Positions 19,787-29,818 of a stretch of DNA of 64,000 nucleotides are shown here, in pieces. Each line of letters opens with the position of its first letter. Position 1 is the first letter of the stretch. The DNA comes from Sulfitobacter sp. Lineage in GTDB: Bacteria > Pseudomonadota > Alphaproteobacteria > Rhodobacterales > Rhodobacteraceae. The DNA lies in contig JBARCL010000128.1 in NCBI GenBank assembly GCA_049794055.1, positions 5,127-69,126 of the forward strand, read 5' to 3'. Position numbers and translations under genes: made by a program. Under the pieces are notes generated by a model, which saw only the letters and a program-made list of their open reading frames with translations, was not told where the DNA came from and did not search any database.

Positions 19787-21553
19787 ATGTCCAACAACCA
19801 ACGCTTTGACAAATCCAGATTACCCAGCCGCCACGTCACTGAAGGGCCAGCACGCGCGCCGCACCGGTCGTATTATTACGCGATGGGTATGACGGATGTG
19901 GAAATCCACCAGCCCCTGGTGGGCGTGGCCACCTGCTGGAACGAGGCCGCCCCCTGTAACATCGCCCTGAACCGTCAGGCGCAGGCCGTCAAGATCGGCG
20001 TCAAACAAGAGCAGGGCACGCCGCGTGAATTCACCACCATCACCGTCACCGACGGGATTGCGATGGGCCATGAGGGTATGCGTTCCTCATTGGCCTCGCG
20101 TGAGGCGATTGCCGACACCGTTGAACTGACCATGCGCGGCCACTGCTATGACGCGTTGGTGGGCCTTGCCGGTTGTGACAAATCCCTGCCCGGCATGATG
20201 ATGGCGATGATCCGTCTGAACGTGCCATCTGTGTTCATGTACGGCGGGTCGATCCTGCCCGGCAAAGCACCGGAAGGGGCTGCCGTGCCAGCCGCTTTCG
20301 CCAACCGTGACCTGACTGTGCAAGACATGTTCGAGGCCGTCGGCAACTGGCAAGGTGGCACAATGACAGAGGCCGAGCTGGAAATCCTCGAACGTGTTGC
20401 CTGCCCCTCTGCCGGTGCTTGCGGCGGCCAGTTCACCGCCAATACAATGGCCTGTGTGTCCGAAGCGATCGGCCTTGCGCTGCCCAACTCCTCCGGAGCG
20501 CCCGCACCTTACAAATCGCGTGACGAATACGCTGTGGCCTCTGGTGCGGCGGTGATGAACCTGATCGAGAAAAACATCCGTGCGCGTGACATCTGTACCC
20601 GCGAAGCGTTTGAAAACGCAGCGCGCATCGTGGCTTGTACTGGTGGTTCCACCAACGCGGGCCTGCATCTGCCCGCCATGGCACATGAGGCAGGCATCGA
20701 ATTCTTTCTTGAAGACGTCTGCGAAATCTTCCGCGACACGCCACACTTTGTCGATATGAAGCCCGGTGGCGCATATGTCGCAAAAGACCTTTACGAAGCG
20801 GGTGGCGTGCCGGTGGTGATGAAAGAACTGCGCAAGGCGGGCTTGATCCACACCGATTGCATGACCGTGACCGGTTATTCCATGGGCGAGGAACTGGACC
20901 GGATCGAACGCGAGGCAGACGGCAAAGTCATCCATGCGATCAGCAATCCGATCAGCAAAACCGGCGGTGTCGTTGGCCTGAAAGGCAACCTTGCCCCAGA
21001 AGGAGCCATCGTAAAAATTGCCGGCATGTCCGAAGACGACATCGTCTTCACCGGCCCCGCGCTGGTGTTTGAATGTGAACAGGACGCTTTCGAGGCGGTG
21101 CAGAACCGCACCTACTCCGAAGGGGACGTGTTCGTGATCCGAAATGAAGGGCCCCGCGGCGGTCCGGGCATGCGTGAAATGTTGGCGACCACGGCCGCAC
21201 TTTCCGGTCAGGGCATGGGCAAAAAGGTCGCGTTGATCACCGACGGCCGCTTCTCAGGTGCCACACGCGGTTTCTGCGTCGGCCACGTAGGACCAGAGGC
21301 CGCGATGGGCGGGCCAATCGGCTTGCTGCAAAATGGCGATATGATCACATTGAACGCTATCGAAGGTTCGATCTCGGTCGATCTCAGTGACGAGGAACTG
21401 GCAACGCGCAAGGCGGCTTGGTCCGGTCCGCGCGAAACCAACTATGCCTCCGGTGCCTTGTGGAAATACGCCCAGCTGGTTGGCCCCACCTATCTGGGTG
21501 CCGTCACACATCCGGGCGGCAAGGCAGAAACCCATGACTACATGGACCTGTAA
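19787..21553 (+). CDS. ilvD: Dihydroxy-acid dehydratase
   Basis: [37 protein letters not shown]. Confidence 0.97.
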   Translation: MSNNQRFDKSRLPSRHVTEGPARAPHRSYYYAMGMTDVEIHQPLVGVATCWNEAAPCNIALNRQAQAVKIGVKQEQGTPREFTTITVTDGIAMGHEGMRSSLASREAIADTVELTMRGHCYDALVGLAGCDKSLPGMMMAMIRLNVPSVFMYGGSILPGKAPEGAAVPAAFANRDLTVQDMFEAVGNWQGGTMTEAELEILERVACPSAGACGGQFTANTMACVSEAIGLALPNSSGAPAPYKSRDEYAVASGAAVMNLIEKNIRARDICTREAFENAARIVACTGGSTNAGLHLPAMAHEAGIEFFLEDVCEIFRDTPHFVDMKPGGAYVAKDLYEAGGVPVVMKELRKAGLIHTDCMTVTGYSMGEELDRIEREADGKVIHAISNPISKTGGVVGLKGNLAPEGAIVKIAGMSEDDIVFTGPALVFECEQDAFEAVQNRTYSEGDVFVIRNEGPRGGPGMREMLATTAALSGQGMGKKVALITDGRFSGATRGFCVGHVGPEAAMGGPIGLLQNGDMITLNAIEGSISVDLSDEELATRKAAWSGPRETNYASGALWKYAQLVGPTYLGAVTHPGGKAETHDYMDL

Positions 21554-22112
21554 AGGTACACTTGCCGCCCTCGCCCTGACCTCGCTCGCTGCTTGCGACG
21601 ACGGTCGGGGCGGTGCGCTCCTACGGGGATTGAACGGCAAGGTGCCGTTAAAATCAGTGGCTTTATCGCAGGCAAACATGGCCTTTGGCGCGGTGACCTT
21701 GGTCGCACCAAAAGGTTTCTGTATCGACAAAAACTCACTACGGCAGAACTTCGCATTGATGGCGCGTTGCGAAACTCTAGGCGCCCCTTCGGCAGGCGCC
21801 AATGCACCGGTCGGCATCCTGACCGCCAGCTTTTCAGTGGCGAGCACGACGATCCCGACGCCAAGTGAGACCGCCGCGGCCCTAAGCCTCAATACGGTGA
21901 CCGACCCGGTCATCAAGGACCGCAGTGTGACTTTTCGCGCTCAAGGCGCCGCGCCGGCGAAAGGGTTAAGCGAGACACACTGGCGGGGCACCGCACGCGC
22001 AGGATCACAGATGATGGCGCTGGCCCTATATGGCCCGACAGGCGGACGCGCCATCGGCGCCGAAGGTCGCGATATTCTGGACCGTTTGATCAACAGGCTG
22101 AACGTCAACTAG
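21534..22112 (+). CDS. Hypothetical lipoprotein
   Basis: ATG 21534 overlaps the ilvD end; signal peptide with lipobox LAAC; PKGFCID..LMARC cysteine pair. Confidence 0.7.
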   Translation: MTTWTCKGTLAALALTSLAACDDGRGGALLRGLNGKVPLKSVALSQANMAFGAVTLVAPKGFCIDKNSLRQNFALMARCETLGAPSAGANAPVGILTASFSVASTTIPTPSETAAALSLNTVTDPVIKDRSVTFRAQGAAPAKGLSETHWRGTARAGSQMMALALYGPTGGRAIGAEGRDILDRLINRLNVN

Positions 22113-22123
22113 TCTCGTTTCCC

Positions 22124-22166
22124 GATTGGCAACACTAAGGATTAATGCCACGGATTGTTGCCAATC
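22124..22166. repeat. Perfect 11-bp inverted repeat (GATTGGCAACA / TGTTGCCAATC, 21-bp spacer)
   Basis: Read directly at 22124-22134 and 22156-22166. Confidence 0.75.
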
Positions 22167-22237
22167 TATTTGAATGAACGTTTTCCTCCAGATAAAGTCG
22201 TTCCAAAGCAACGCAATCCACCAAGGTCCGCGCGAAC

Positions 22238-23011
22238 ATGTCCAAATTCTCATTTAGCTTTCTGGACAGTTGGGTCTTCTCAAGGAACATCCAGCGTTGG
22301 GCCCGTGCGGCGCGGCGTGCGTCTAAAACCGAGTTGCCGTTGCTGCGCCGTCAACGGGGGCGGGCGCGGGCATTAAAGACCCATCTGGACAAGCTGATCC
22401 ACACCGCTGACGAACGACTGGCCCTGCCGATGATCGGGTCCAACAGTTTTCCCAAACCGCATAATGCCGATTGGGCGTGGCGGCCCGAGTTGTGGCGTGG
22501 CCCGTTGCCCACACCGGGGCTGTCAGAGGTGCAGACAAAATCGACGCTGGGCAATGAGGTAACACTGTTTCACGACTGTGAGTACTCGGAGCTGACACTG
22601 CGCCAGCTGCGCAACCTGCGCGAAGCGGATCTGGCGCCCTATGGCCTGCGTCTCGATGTTTTCCAGTTCGACGGATCCTTCCTGTCACTGGTGATCGACC
22701 TGCCCGAAGACGGCACCAACGGCTTGAAACGCACCCATCTGTTGCGCATGGATGCGATTGTCGAAATGGAAAAGCCATTGGAAATTTTTGCACGGCTCAA
22801 CATCAAACACGGGCCGAACAACGAACAGATCGTACGTGAATTGCCGCTGAACGAAGAAACCCACAGGGTCGAATTTGATCTGGCCTATTCGAACCTGAAT
22901 GAAAAACGGGTAGAAGGGGCATGGATTGATCTGATCTTTGAAGGTCCGCAAATGAATCAGGTGGTCCTACGGGATCTTACCTTCTCGCGCCGTCCGCGCG
23001 CGCATCTTTAG
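22238..23011 (+). CDS. Conserved Rhodobacterales protein (DUF6478-like)
   Basis: 257-aa clean ORF with WRPELW, LFHDC, FDGSFLSL and LNIKHGPN motifs recalled for this family. Confidence 0.7.
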   Translation: MSKFSFSFLDSWVFSRNIQRWARAARRASKTELPLLRRQRGRARALKTHLDKLIHTADERLALPMIGSNSFPKPHNADWAWRPELWRGPLPTPGLSEVQTKSTLGNEVTLFHDCEYSELTLRQLRNLREADLAPYGLRLDVFQFDGSFLSLVIDLPEDGTNGLKRTHLLRMDAIVEMEKPLEIFARLNIKHGPNNEQIVRELPLNEETHRVEFDLAYSNLNEKRVEGAWIDLIFEGPQMNQVVLRDLTFSRRPRAHL

Positions 23012-23026
23012 GAAGGGCCGAACGCT

Positions 23027-23401
23027 ATGTCATCCATGCAACTGACCAAAACCAAAATGAAAGAGGGCGTCTGGCAAGGCATCATCACCGGTAGCCCGGA
23101 CGAGGACAAACCGCGCATCGCAGTGACCCATGAAAACACTGTGATCACCGATTTCCTTTTGACCCATAACCAAAGTGCCGATCACTGGACATTGTCCGTG
23201 CCTATTCCCGCGCAGGCCATTGCAGACGGTGTCCAGACGCTGATCATTCGTGAATTGGAAACAGATGTGAAAATCGGCCATATCACCCTGATAGCGGGCG
23301 AAGCTTTAGCAGATGATATTCGCGCCGAACTTGATTTATTGCGGGCCGAGCTGGACATGTTGAAAAGCGCGTTTCGCCGCCATTGCGTCGAGACCGCCTA
23401 A
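23027..23401 (+). CDS. Hypothetical protein (beta-rich N-terminus, C-terminal coiled coil)
   Basis: 124 aa; RBS GGAAGG; C-terminal LRAELDMLKSAFRRHC. Confidence 0.75.
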   Translation: MSSMQLTKTKMKEGVWQGIITGSPDEDKPRIAVTHENTVITDFLLTHNQSADHWTLSVPIPAQAIADGVQTLIIRELETDVKIGHITLIAGEALADDIRAELDLLRAELDMLKSAFRRHCVETA

Positions 23402-24411
23402 GATGCCGCTTTGGCTTGTTTACGCCACCCCGACGGGGTTTGGCCGGTCACCCGCGCAAATTCACGGTTAAAGTTGGACTTGGTCGCAAACCCTGATTCA
23501 AGCGAGACCTCAAGCACGGATTTATCGGTTTCCACCAGAAGCTTGCGGGCCTCATCAACGCGAAAATCATTCACGAATTGTGACAGGTTCACGCCCCGCA
23601 TCCGGTTGACAGCATTGGAAACCCGCCGGTCCGGCAAGCCCAGCCGCCGCGCCAGTTTGCGCAGGCTCAGCTCTTCATTGCGGTGTAACCCTTCGCGCTC
23701 GAACAGCTCTGTCAGGCGGGCAACAACCACGCTGTCCTCATCGGTCGGGGGCTGGGATTGCGGGGGGGATTCGTCTGGTGCCATATCCGCCACGGCCGAC
23801 TGGCCAAGGGTGGCGGACAGGCCGATCACAAGCACAAACGCGGTCTGCACGAAGGTGACGATCATACCGATGTAACGCCCGTCGTTCTGCATGAAGTCAT
23901 ATATTAGATAGACATCCGTGACACTTGACGCGACCAAAGCCAGCCCTGTCAGCCGCAACGCCCATAGCACCGCCGTCCCGTCGGAAATCCGCGATAAGGG
24001 CAGCCGGTCGCTACCGCCCCATGCCAGTCGCAACAACAGAACGCCGAAACCCAGATAGGTCAGTAGAATGGGCGGATCGACCATCATCGGCTCGATCAAC
24101 AGCACCAGCCAATTTGCCGCTATCACGCCCAAAGGCCACAGATTACGCCGCGCCAATGTATCGCTTAACGACAGATAGGCGAGATAGGCAAACACCGGCA
24201 AGCAGGGCGCAAGCAGCGCGATCAGCGGGGCAACGCCTTTGATCTCGTAGCCCCACCGCAAGCAAAGCAGCAGGGATTGCACGGCATAAAGCGCCACCAC
24301 CAGCGCAAACAGGCGATGAGCAGTCAGCGACATATCACGGGTGACGCACAGCCGCACAAGGACCAGGCACAGCGCAAAGGTGGCAAAAAGCGGCAGGGGA
24401 ACAAAGAGCAT
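23398..24411 (-). CDS. Membrane-anchored AraC family transcriptional regulator
   Basis: About 6-7 N-terminal TM segments; C-terminal AraC HTH (FVNDFRV..GFATKSNFNREFARVTGQTPS). Confidence 0.88.
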   Translation of the reverse strand: MLFVPLPLFATFALCLVLVRLCVTRDMSLTAHRLFALVVALYAVQSLLLCLRWGYEIKGVAPLIALLAPCLPVFAYLAYLSLSDTLARRNLWPLGVIAANWLVLLIEPMMVDPPILLTYLGFGVLLLRLAWGGSDRLPLSRISDGTAVLWALRLTGLALVASSVTDVYLIYDFMQNDGRYIGMIVTFVQTAFVLVIGLSATLGQSAVADMAPDESPPQSQPPTDEDSVVVARLTELFEREGLHRNEELSLRKLARRLGLPDRRVSNAVNRMRGVNLSQFVNDFRVDEARKLLVETDKSVLEVSLESGFATKSNFNREFARVTGQTPSGWRKQAKAAS

Positions 24412-24465
24412 ATCAGGCCGTCACATCAGATGAATTTCGCCCCTGCATATCCTTGATCGTGATGC

Positions 24466-24493
24466 AGGACGACCTGAAACGCGTTTGAGGACG
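24466..24493 (+). promoter_or_regulatory. Candidate AraC tandem operator (AGGACG direct repeat, 22-bp period)
   Basis: AGGACG at 24466 and 24488 in the divergent AraC/hydrolase intergenic region. Confidence 0.4.
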
Positions 24494-24552
24494 CCTACAG
24501 TGCGATCACCGCGTAGCTCAGGTTCATCACTTTCACCAAAAGGATCGACACC

Positions 24553-25611
24553 ATGTTCAGCTTTACGACTTTTGCGAAAACCACCGCCATCGCCGCAGCC
24601 TTTGGCGCGGTGGCATGGGCGGGATATGAATTTACCCGCGCGCCCTATGCCGGTACAACCGGTATCACCTACGGGGCGGCCTTTGCCCCCGCACGCCAGA
24701 CAGAAGTGGATTTTCACATCTGGTATCCCGCGCAACCGGGTGGTCGGGCGATCACTGTGGGCGGCAATGGTGTATTTTATGGCACACCCGCCGGCCGTGA
24801 TGCGCCCCATATCACAGGGCGGCACCCGATGGTCATATTGTCGCACGGCGCAGGAGGCAACGCGGGTCAATTCGGTTGGATCGCAGCGGCTTTGGCCGAG
24901 GCTGGGTTCGTCGTTGTCCTGCCAAACCACCCCGGCACCACAACCGGCAATGCCTCTGCCGAAGCTGCAGTGCGGGTTTGGGAACGGCCCAAAGATGTAT
25001 CTGCCGTTCTTGACGAAATCACCGGCCACCCCGACGTATACCCCTATATCGACACAACCCGTATCGCGAGTCTGGGCTTTTCCGCCGGCGGGTATACGGC
25101 AATGGCACTGTCTGGCGCGCGGGTGAACCCGGATTTGTTGCAGCGTTTTTGTGATGAAACCGACCACGGCATGTCTGACTGTGCGTTCCTTACGCATTTC
25201 GGGATTGATCTGCACGATTTTGATTTGTCACCTGCCGCACAGGATTTGACCGACCCGCGCATCAAGGCCGCCGTGATCGTGGACCCCGGTATTGTCGAAA
25301 CGATAACCCCCGAAAGCCTGAAAGAAATCAGCACGCCCATGTTTGTAATCAATCTGGGGGCTGAAGAAACAGTGCCGCTTGGCGTCTATGCTAAAGAAGC
25401 AGCCGCCCTGATGCCACGGGCAAGCTACACCGCGGTGCCCGATGCGATCCACTTTAGCTTCTTGGCCGAGTGCAAACCCAAGGGTCCGTTGATTCTGGAA
25501 AAAGAAGGAGAGTTGGATGCCCTCTGCGACGATGCCGGTGGACGCTCACGGGCTGACATCCATAGGCAGTTAACGCAGATGATTGTCAGCAACTTGCAAT
25601 CAGCGCTCTGA
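24553..25611 (+). CDS. Exported alpha/beta hydrolase (dienelactone-hydrolase/PAF-AH-like)
   Basis: Signal peptide, SHGAGG, GFSAGG nucleophile elbow, HFSFL. Confidence 0.85.
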   Translation: MFSFTTFAKTTAIAAAFGAVAWAGYEFTRAPYAGTTGITYGAAFAPARQTEVDFHIWYPAQPGGRAITVGGNGVFYGTPAGRDAPHITGRHPMVILSHGAGGNAGQFGWIAAALAEAGFVVVLPNHPGTTTGNASAEAAVRVWERPKDVSAVLDEITGHPDVYPYIDTTRIASLGFSAGGYTAMALSGARVNPDLLQRFCDETDHGMSDCAFLTHFGIDLHDFDLSPAAQDLTDPRIKAAVIVDPGIVETITPESLKEISTPMFVINLGAEETVPLGVYAKEAAALMPRASYTAVPDAIHFSFLAECKPKGPLILEKEGELDALCDDAGGRSRADIHRQLTQMIVSNLQSAL

Positions 25612-25624
25612 GTTAGGTCACAGT

Positions 25625-25662
25625 AAAAAGGCGGCAGGGATATTAATCCCCGCCACCTTTTC
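25625..25662. terminator. Probable bidirectional intrinsic terminator
   Basis: AAAAAGGCGGCAGGGAT..ATCCCCGCCACCTTTT imperfect hairpin with A/T tails between convergent genes. Confidence 0.65.
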
Positions 25663-25692
25663 TGATCTCGCGAACGTTATCGAAACGTCAAA

Positions 25693-27030
25693 TCACTCTT
25701 TCGGACCCAACGCTGACAGCCCCTTCAGGATATCAATGGCATAGGCCAGCTGATAATCCTCCTCGCGCAGCTCGGCTGCTTGTTCGGCCTTGGCACGATC
25801 TTCGAGTATCTGTTTTACTTGATCGTCAGTCAGACTGTCATTGTTCAGACTGCCACGCAGATCCGCTTCGGAACGCCGCGGACGGGCTGTTTCCTTTTCC
25901 TCGGTCTCGGCCTCGGGCTTTGCACGGGGTTGGGCGACGACGATGTCCGGCGACACGCCCAAAGCCTGAATCGACCGGCCAGACGGGGTGTAGTACCGCG
26001 CCGTGGTCAAACGCATTGCCCCATTGCCCCGCAAGGGCATGACCGTTTGCACGGAACCTTTCCCGAAACTTTTGGTACCGATCACGATGGCGCGACGGTG
26101 GTCCTGCAAGGCTCCGGCGACAATTTCAGACGCCGATGCAGAACCGCCGTTGATCAGAACCACAATCGGCTTGCCCATGCTCAAATCACCTGGCGTTGCA
26201 TTTACACGGTCGCCATCAGCCAGTTCACGGCCACGGGTGCTGACGATCTCACCCTCTTCAAGGAAAGCATCAGAAACTGCGATCGCCTGATTGAGCAATC
26301 CACCGGGGTTGTTTCGCAGATCAAGCACGATGCCATTGATATTCTCGATGCCACCTGCCGCTTCGACTTGCGCCTCCAACCCTTCCTTCATCTTGGGATA
26401 GGTCTGTTCGTTGAATGTGGTCAGACGCAGGACCGCGGTTTGCCCAACGGTGCGGGCCGTCGCCGCCGTCAGCTGGATCGTGGCACGGGTAATGGTGACG
26501 TCGAAGGGTTCGGCTTCGCCCTCGCGCACAACGGTAATCACAATCTCTGAGCCGACCGGCCCGCGCATCAGCTCAACCGCGTCATCCAACACCAGACCCA
26601 GCAAGGTTTCGCCGTCAACGTGGGTTATGAAATCGCCTGCTTCGATGCCCGCCTCGTCCGCTGGCGTACCATCAATCGGCGACACCACTTTGACAAAACC
26701 TTCTTCCTGCGTGACTTCAATGCCCAGACCGCCGAATTCACCCCGTGTCTGTTCGCGCATTTTGGCCGCGTCTTTCGGGGACAGATAGCTGGAATGCGGA
26801 TCCAGCGAGGTCAACATGCCGTTAATTGCTGCCTCGATCAGCTCGCTGCTGTCGGTCTCTTCGACATATTGCGCGCGAATGCGCTCGAAAATGTCACCGA
26901 ACAAATCCAGCTGCTCATAGACATTCTCTGTCTTGGCGCTTTCCTGCGCCAACAACGGGGCCGCGATCTGGGTCGTGGCAATTACGCCCAACACCGTGCC
27001 ACCCAAGGCCGCCATTACAAACTTTTTCAT
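25693..27030 (-). CDS. ctpA: S41 family carboxyl-terminal processing protease
   Basis: LDPHS, PDZ GGLGIEV, DLRNNPGG, SASASEIV, GKGSVQ. Confidence 0.93.
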   Translation of the reverse strand: MKKFVMAALGGTVLGVIATTQIAAPLLAQESAKTENVYEQLDLFGDIFERIRAQYVEETDSSELIEAAINGMLTSLDPHSSYLSPKDAAKMREQTRGEFGGLGIEVTQEEGFVKVVSPIDGTPADEAGIEAGDFITHVDGETLLGLVLDDAVELMRGPVGSEIVITVVREGEAEPFDVTITRATIQLTAATARTVGQTAVLRLTTFNEQTYPKMKEGLEAQVEAAGGIENINGIVLDLRNNPGGLLNQAIAVSDAFLEEGEIVSTRGRELADGDRVNATPGDLSMGKPIVVLINGGSASASEIVAGALQDHRRAIVIGTKSFGKGSVQTVMPLRGNGAMRLTTARYYTPSGRSIQALGVSPDIVVAQPRAKPEAETEEKETARPRRSEADLRGSLNNDSLTDDQVKQILEDRAKAEQAAELREEDYQLAYAIDILKGLSALGPKE

Positions 27031-28163
27031 CTTAGCTTTCTATCCTCGTCCGTTCGGAACCATAATTCTGGGTCCTGTGGCGTATTTTGTTCTCTTACTT
27101 CTATATAGAGCGTTTCTGAACGCTCTGTGCCAGTACCTTCACGAAGGGGTGACAATTCTTCGCCGATTTCTGCGCTTGTGCCGCCCATCAGCCCGATTGG
27201 CGTGCCTCCCGCAATAACCTGCCCTGCGTCTCCGTAAACCACATCCAGCCCGGCAATGACAAATAGCGTGTTTGCCTGCGGTTCAAGAATCACCACATTG
27301 CCAAAATCCAGCAGTCCGCCCGTGTAGCGGATCGTCGCGGCCGTAGGGCTGGTGACAATCGCGCCCGGGCGGGTGGCCAGAATCAGACCGGGGCGTTTGA
27401 CACCGGCTGCGTCCGCCTCCCCCGCGCGGCGCAGGACCAGCCCCTGCGCAGGCAACGGCAGTTCGCCGATTTGCCCTTCAAGGGTCACAGGGGCCGGTTC
27501 AATTTCGTCTATAACGATCTCGGACAGCCCACTTGCAAAGCCGTCCAGTGTTTCGGTCGAAGCGATCAAGATACCGGTGCGCACAGGATCAGCAGTAAAC
27601 CGTTTGGGTAAGTCAGTGCGGTTTGCCATTGCCTGATTAAGCTCGGTGCGCGCGGATTGCACTTCGGTCAACCCCACCTGAAGCCGTTTCGCCGCATCCG
27701 CCTGCAAGGCGCGAAGTGTCTGAACATTTTCCAGATCAATGCGCAGGGCATCGGCGCGGCGGTTAAGGGCGGGCGTCAATTCGGCCAGCAACATGCCCGC
27801 ACGGGCAGTGCCGGTGGGACCGTCGGGATGCAAGAAGATCACCGGCGACGGCACACCGCCCATACTTTGCAACACGCCAAGCAATTCGGCGACCTCGGTG
27901 TCACGCGACGCAAGTTTGGCGGTCAACTGGGCTTCGTTGATCGCCGCCTGACGCAGGCCCGCGCGCATTGCACCCAAACCGGTTTCAAAAGCTTGTATGG
28001 TCTGCGTCAGGGCCCGCACCCTGTCGCGGGCGCCCTCTGCCTGATCCAGCATGCCCGAAGCGGTCTCAAGTGCTAAAACCGCGGCCCGTGCCTGATCCTC
28101 GATAGATTGCGCCGCCAGCATGGCGGGCCACATGACCCAAAGTATGAAAGCAACCCGGATCAT
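27027..28163 (-). CDS. envC: Murein hydrolase activator EnvC-like (coiled coil plus degenerate M23/LytM domain)
   Basis: Signal peptide, long coiled coil, LytM-like C-terminus (LYIEVRE..PQDP) lacking zinc ligands; gpmI-envC-ctpA synteny; ATGA overlap at 28160-28163. Confidence 0.82.
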   Translation of the reverse strand: MIRVAFILWVMWPAMLAAQSIEDQARAAVLALETASGMLDQAEGARDRVRALTQTIQAFETGLGAMRAGLRQAAINEAQLTAKLASRDTEVAELLGVLQSMGGVPSPVIFLHPDGPTGTARAGMLLAELTPALNRRADALRIDLENVQTLRALQADAAKRLQVGLTEVQSARTELNQAMANRTDLPKRFTADPVRTGILIASTETLDGFASGLSEIVIDEIEPAPVTLEGQIGELPLPAQGLVLRRAGEADAAGVKRPGLILATRPGAIVTSPTAATIRYTGGLLDFGNVVILEPQANTLFVIAGLDVVYGDAGQVIAGGTPIGLMGGTSAEIGEELSPLREGTGTERSETLYIEVREQNTPQDPELWFRTDEDRKLR

Positions 28164-29677
28164 CGGATGAGCGACGCACCCGTCATCTCGGGCGGCTGTT
28201 CCAGCCCCATCAACGCCAAGAGGGTTGGGGCCAGATCCGCCAGCCGTCCATCGCACAGACTGGCACCTTCAGGACCGCCAACCAACACAACAGGAACGGG
28301 ATTAAGGGTATGGGCCGTATGCGCACCGCCGGTTTCGGGATCGATCATGATTTCGCAATTGCCATGATCCGCTGTCACAATCATTGCACCACCCGCTTTA
28401 TCAAGCGCATCCATCACACGGCCCAGCCCCGCGTCTACTGCGCTACAGGCCGCCATCGCCGCATCCAGATCACCGGTATGTCCAACCATATCGGGGTTGG
28501 CATAGTTCACGACAATCAGGTCATGGCCTTCTTCGATCGCAGCAACAAAATGATCTGTTACTTCCCCGCAAGACATCTCGGGCTGAAGATCATAAGTCGC
28601 CACATCCGGAGATTTCGGCATCTGGCGGGTTTCCCCCTGAAACGCGAGCTCTTCCCCGCCGTTCAGAAAAAACGTCACATGCGGATATTTCTCGGTTTCG
28701 GCCAGACGGAATTGCCGTAACCCATGTTTGGCCACCCAATCCCCCAGTGTGTTGCGCAGCTCGGGCTTGTGATACATGGTACTCATATAGGCCGCATGGG
28801 CCGTCGAATAAGAGGCCATTCCCATCAAGGCTGCCCATTTCGGACGTATGTCAGCTGCAAACCCGTCAAATTCAGGATCTCCCAGTGCCGCCATGATCTC
28901 GCGGGCGCGATCCGCACGGAAATTAAGGCAGAACAGCCCGTCACCATCCTGTGCCCCCGCATAGCCCCCCAGCACGGTTGCTTGAATAAACTCGTCATCC
29001 TCACCTCGTGCATAGGCCTTGTCCACCGCCCCCAGCGCGGTATCTCCGGTCAGACCGTTGCCGTGCAAAATTGCCTGCACCGCTTTTTCAATGCGATCCC
29101 AGCGATTGTCGCGGTCCATCGCAAAGTACCGCCCTGTAACAGTAACGATCCTGACCGCATCCGGCAGTGCCGCCTCCAAAGCCCGGAAAAACCCGACGGC
29201 CGAGCGCGGCGCCACATCACGTCCGTCGGTCAAAGCGTGAATCACCACCGGCACCCCGGCAGCATCCAGGGCCCGCGCCGCGGCAATCAGATGGTTCATA
29301 TGCCCATGCACCCCGCCATCCGATACGACGCCCATCAAATGGGCTGTGCCACCGGTCGCCTTCATCTTGCCAATAAACTCAAGCAACGGCGGGTTCTGCG
29401 CAAAGGTCCCCTCTTCGATCGCAAGGTCGATTTGCCCCAGATCCATCGCTACCACACGCCCTGCCCCGATATTCGTGTGTCCGACCTCAGAATTCCCCAT
29501 CTGCCCGCGCGGCAGGCCTACATCAGGCCCGAAGGTGGTCAAGGTGGCATTCGGACAGTCGCGCATTATTCGGTCCATGTTGGGCGTATCGGCCAGCAAC
29601 GGTGCATTTCCCTCGGCATGCACACTCAGGCCCCATCCATCCAGAATGCACAGGACCACAGGTTTCGGGATATTCAT
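28160..29677 (-). CDS. gpmI: 2,3-bisphosphoglycerate-independent phosphoglycerate mutase
   Basis: ILDGWG, MGNSEVGH, AETEKYPHVTFF, PDMVGHTG, TADHGN. Confidence 0.97.
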   Translation of the reverse strand: MNIPKPVVLCILDGWGLSVHAEGNAPLLADTPNMDRIMRDCPNATLTTFGPDVGLPRGQMGNSEVGHTNIGAGRVVAMDLGQIDLAIEEGTFAQNPPLLEFIGKMKATGGTAHLMGVVSDGGVHGHMNHLIAAARALDAAGVPVVIHALTDGRDVAPRSAVGFFRALEAALPDAVRIVTVTGRYFAMDRDNRWDRIEKAVQAILHGNGLTGDTALGAVDKAYARGEDDEFIQATVLGGYAGAQDGDGLFCLNFRADRAREIMAALGDPEFDGFAADIRPKWAALMGMASYSTAHAAYMSTMYHKPELRNTLGDWVAKHGLRQFRLAETEKYPHVTFFLNGGEELAFQGETRQMPKSPDVATYDLQPEMSCGEVTDHFVAAIEEGHDLIVVNYANPDMVGHTGDLDAAMAACSAVDAGLGRVMDALDKAGGAMIVTADHGNCEIMIDPETGGAHTAHTLNPVPVVLVGGPEGASLCDGRLADLAPTLLALMGLEQPPEMTGASLIR

Positions 29678-29818
29678 TTTGTCGCGCCTCAGCTTTTTCT
29701 CAACGCCTTTTACCCCCTAAGGCGCACGGCGTGAACCGCTTATCCAAGAGATGCGCAAGAACCGGATTGGCGGCAGTGACCCCTTGTACCAGACAAGGCG
29801 CAACACAGGAGTTGAGAT

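Noticed and set aside
28724..29734. 336-aa ORF antisense to gpmI
   Set aside because: Shadow ORF opposite a well-supported gene.
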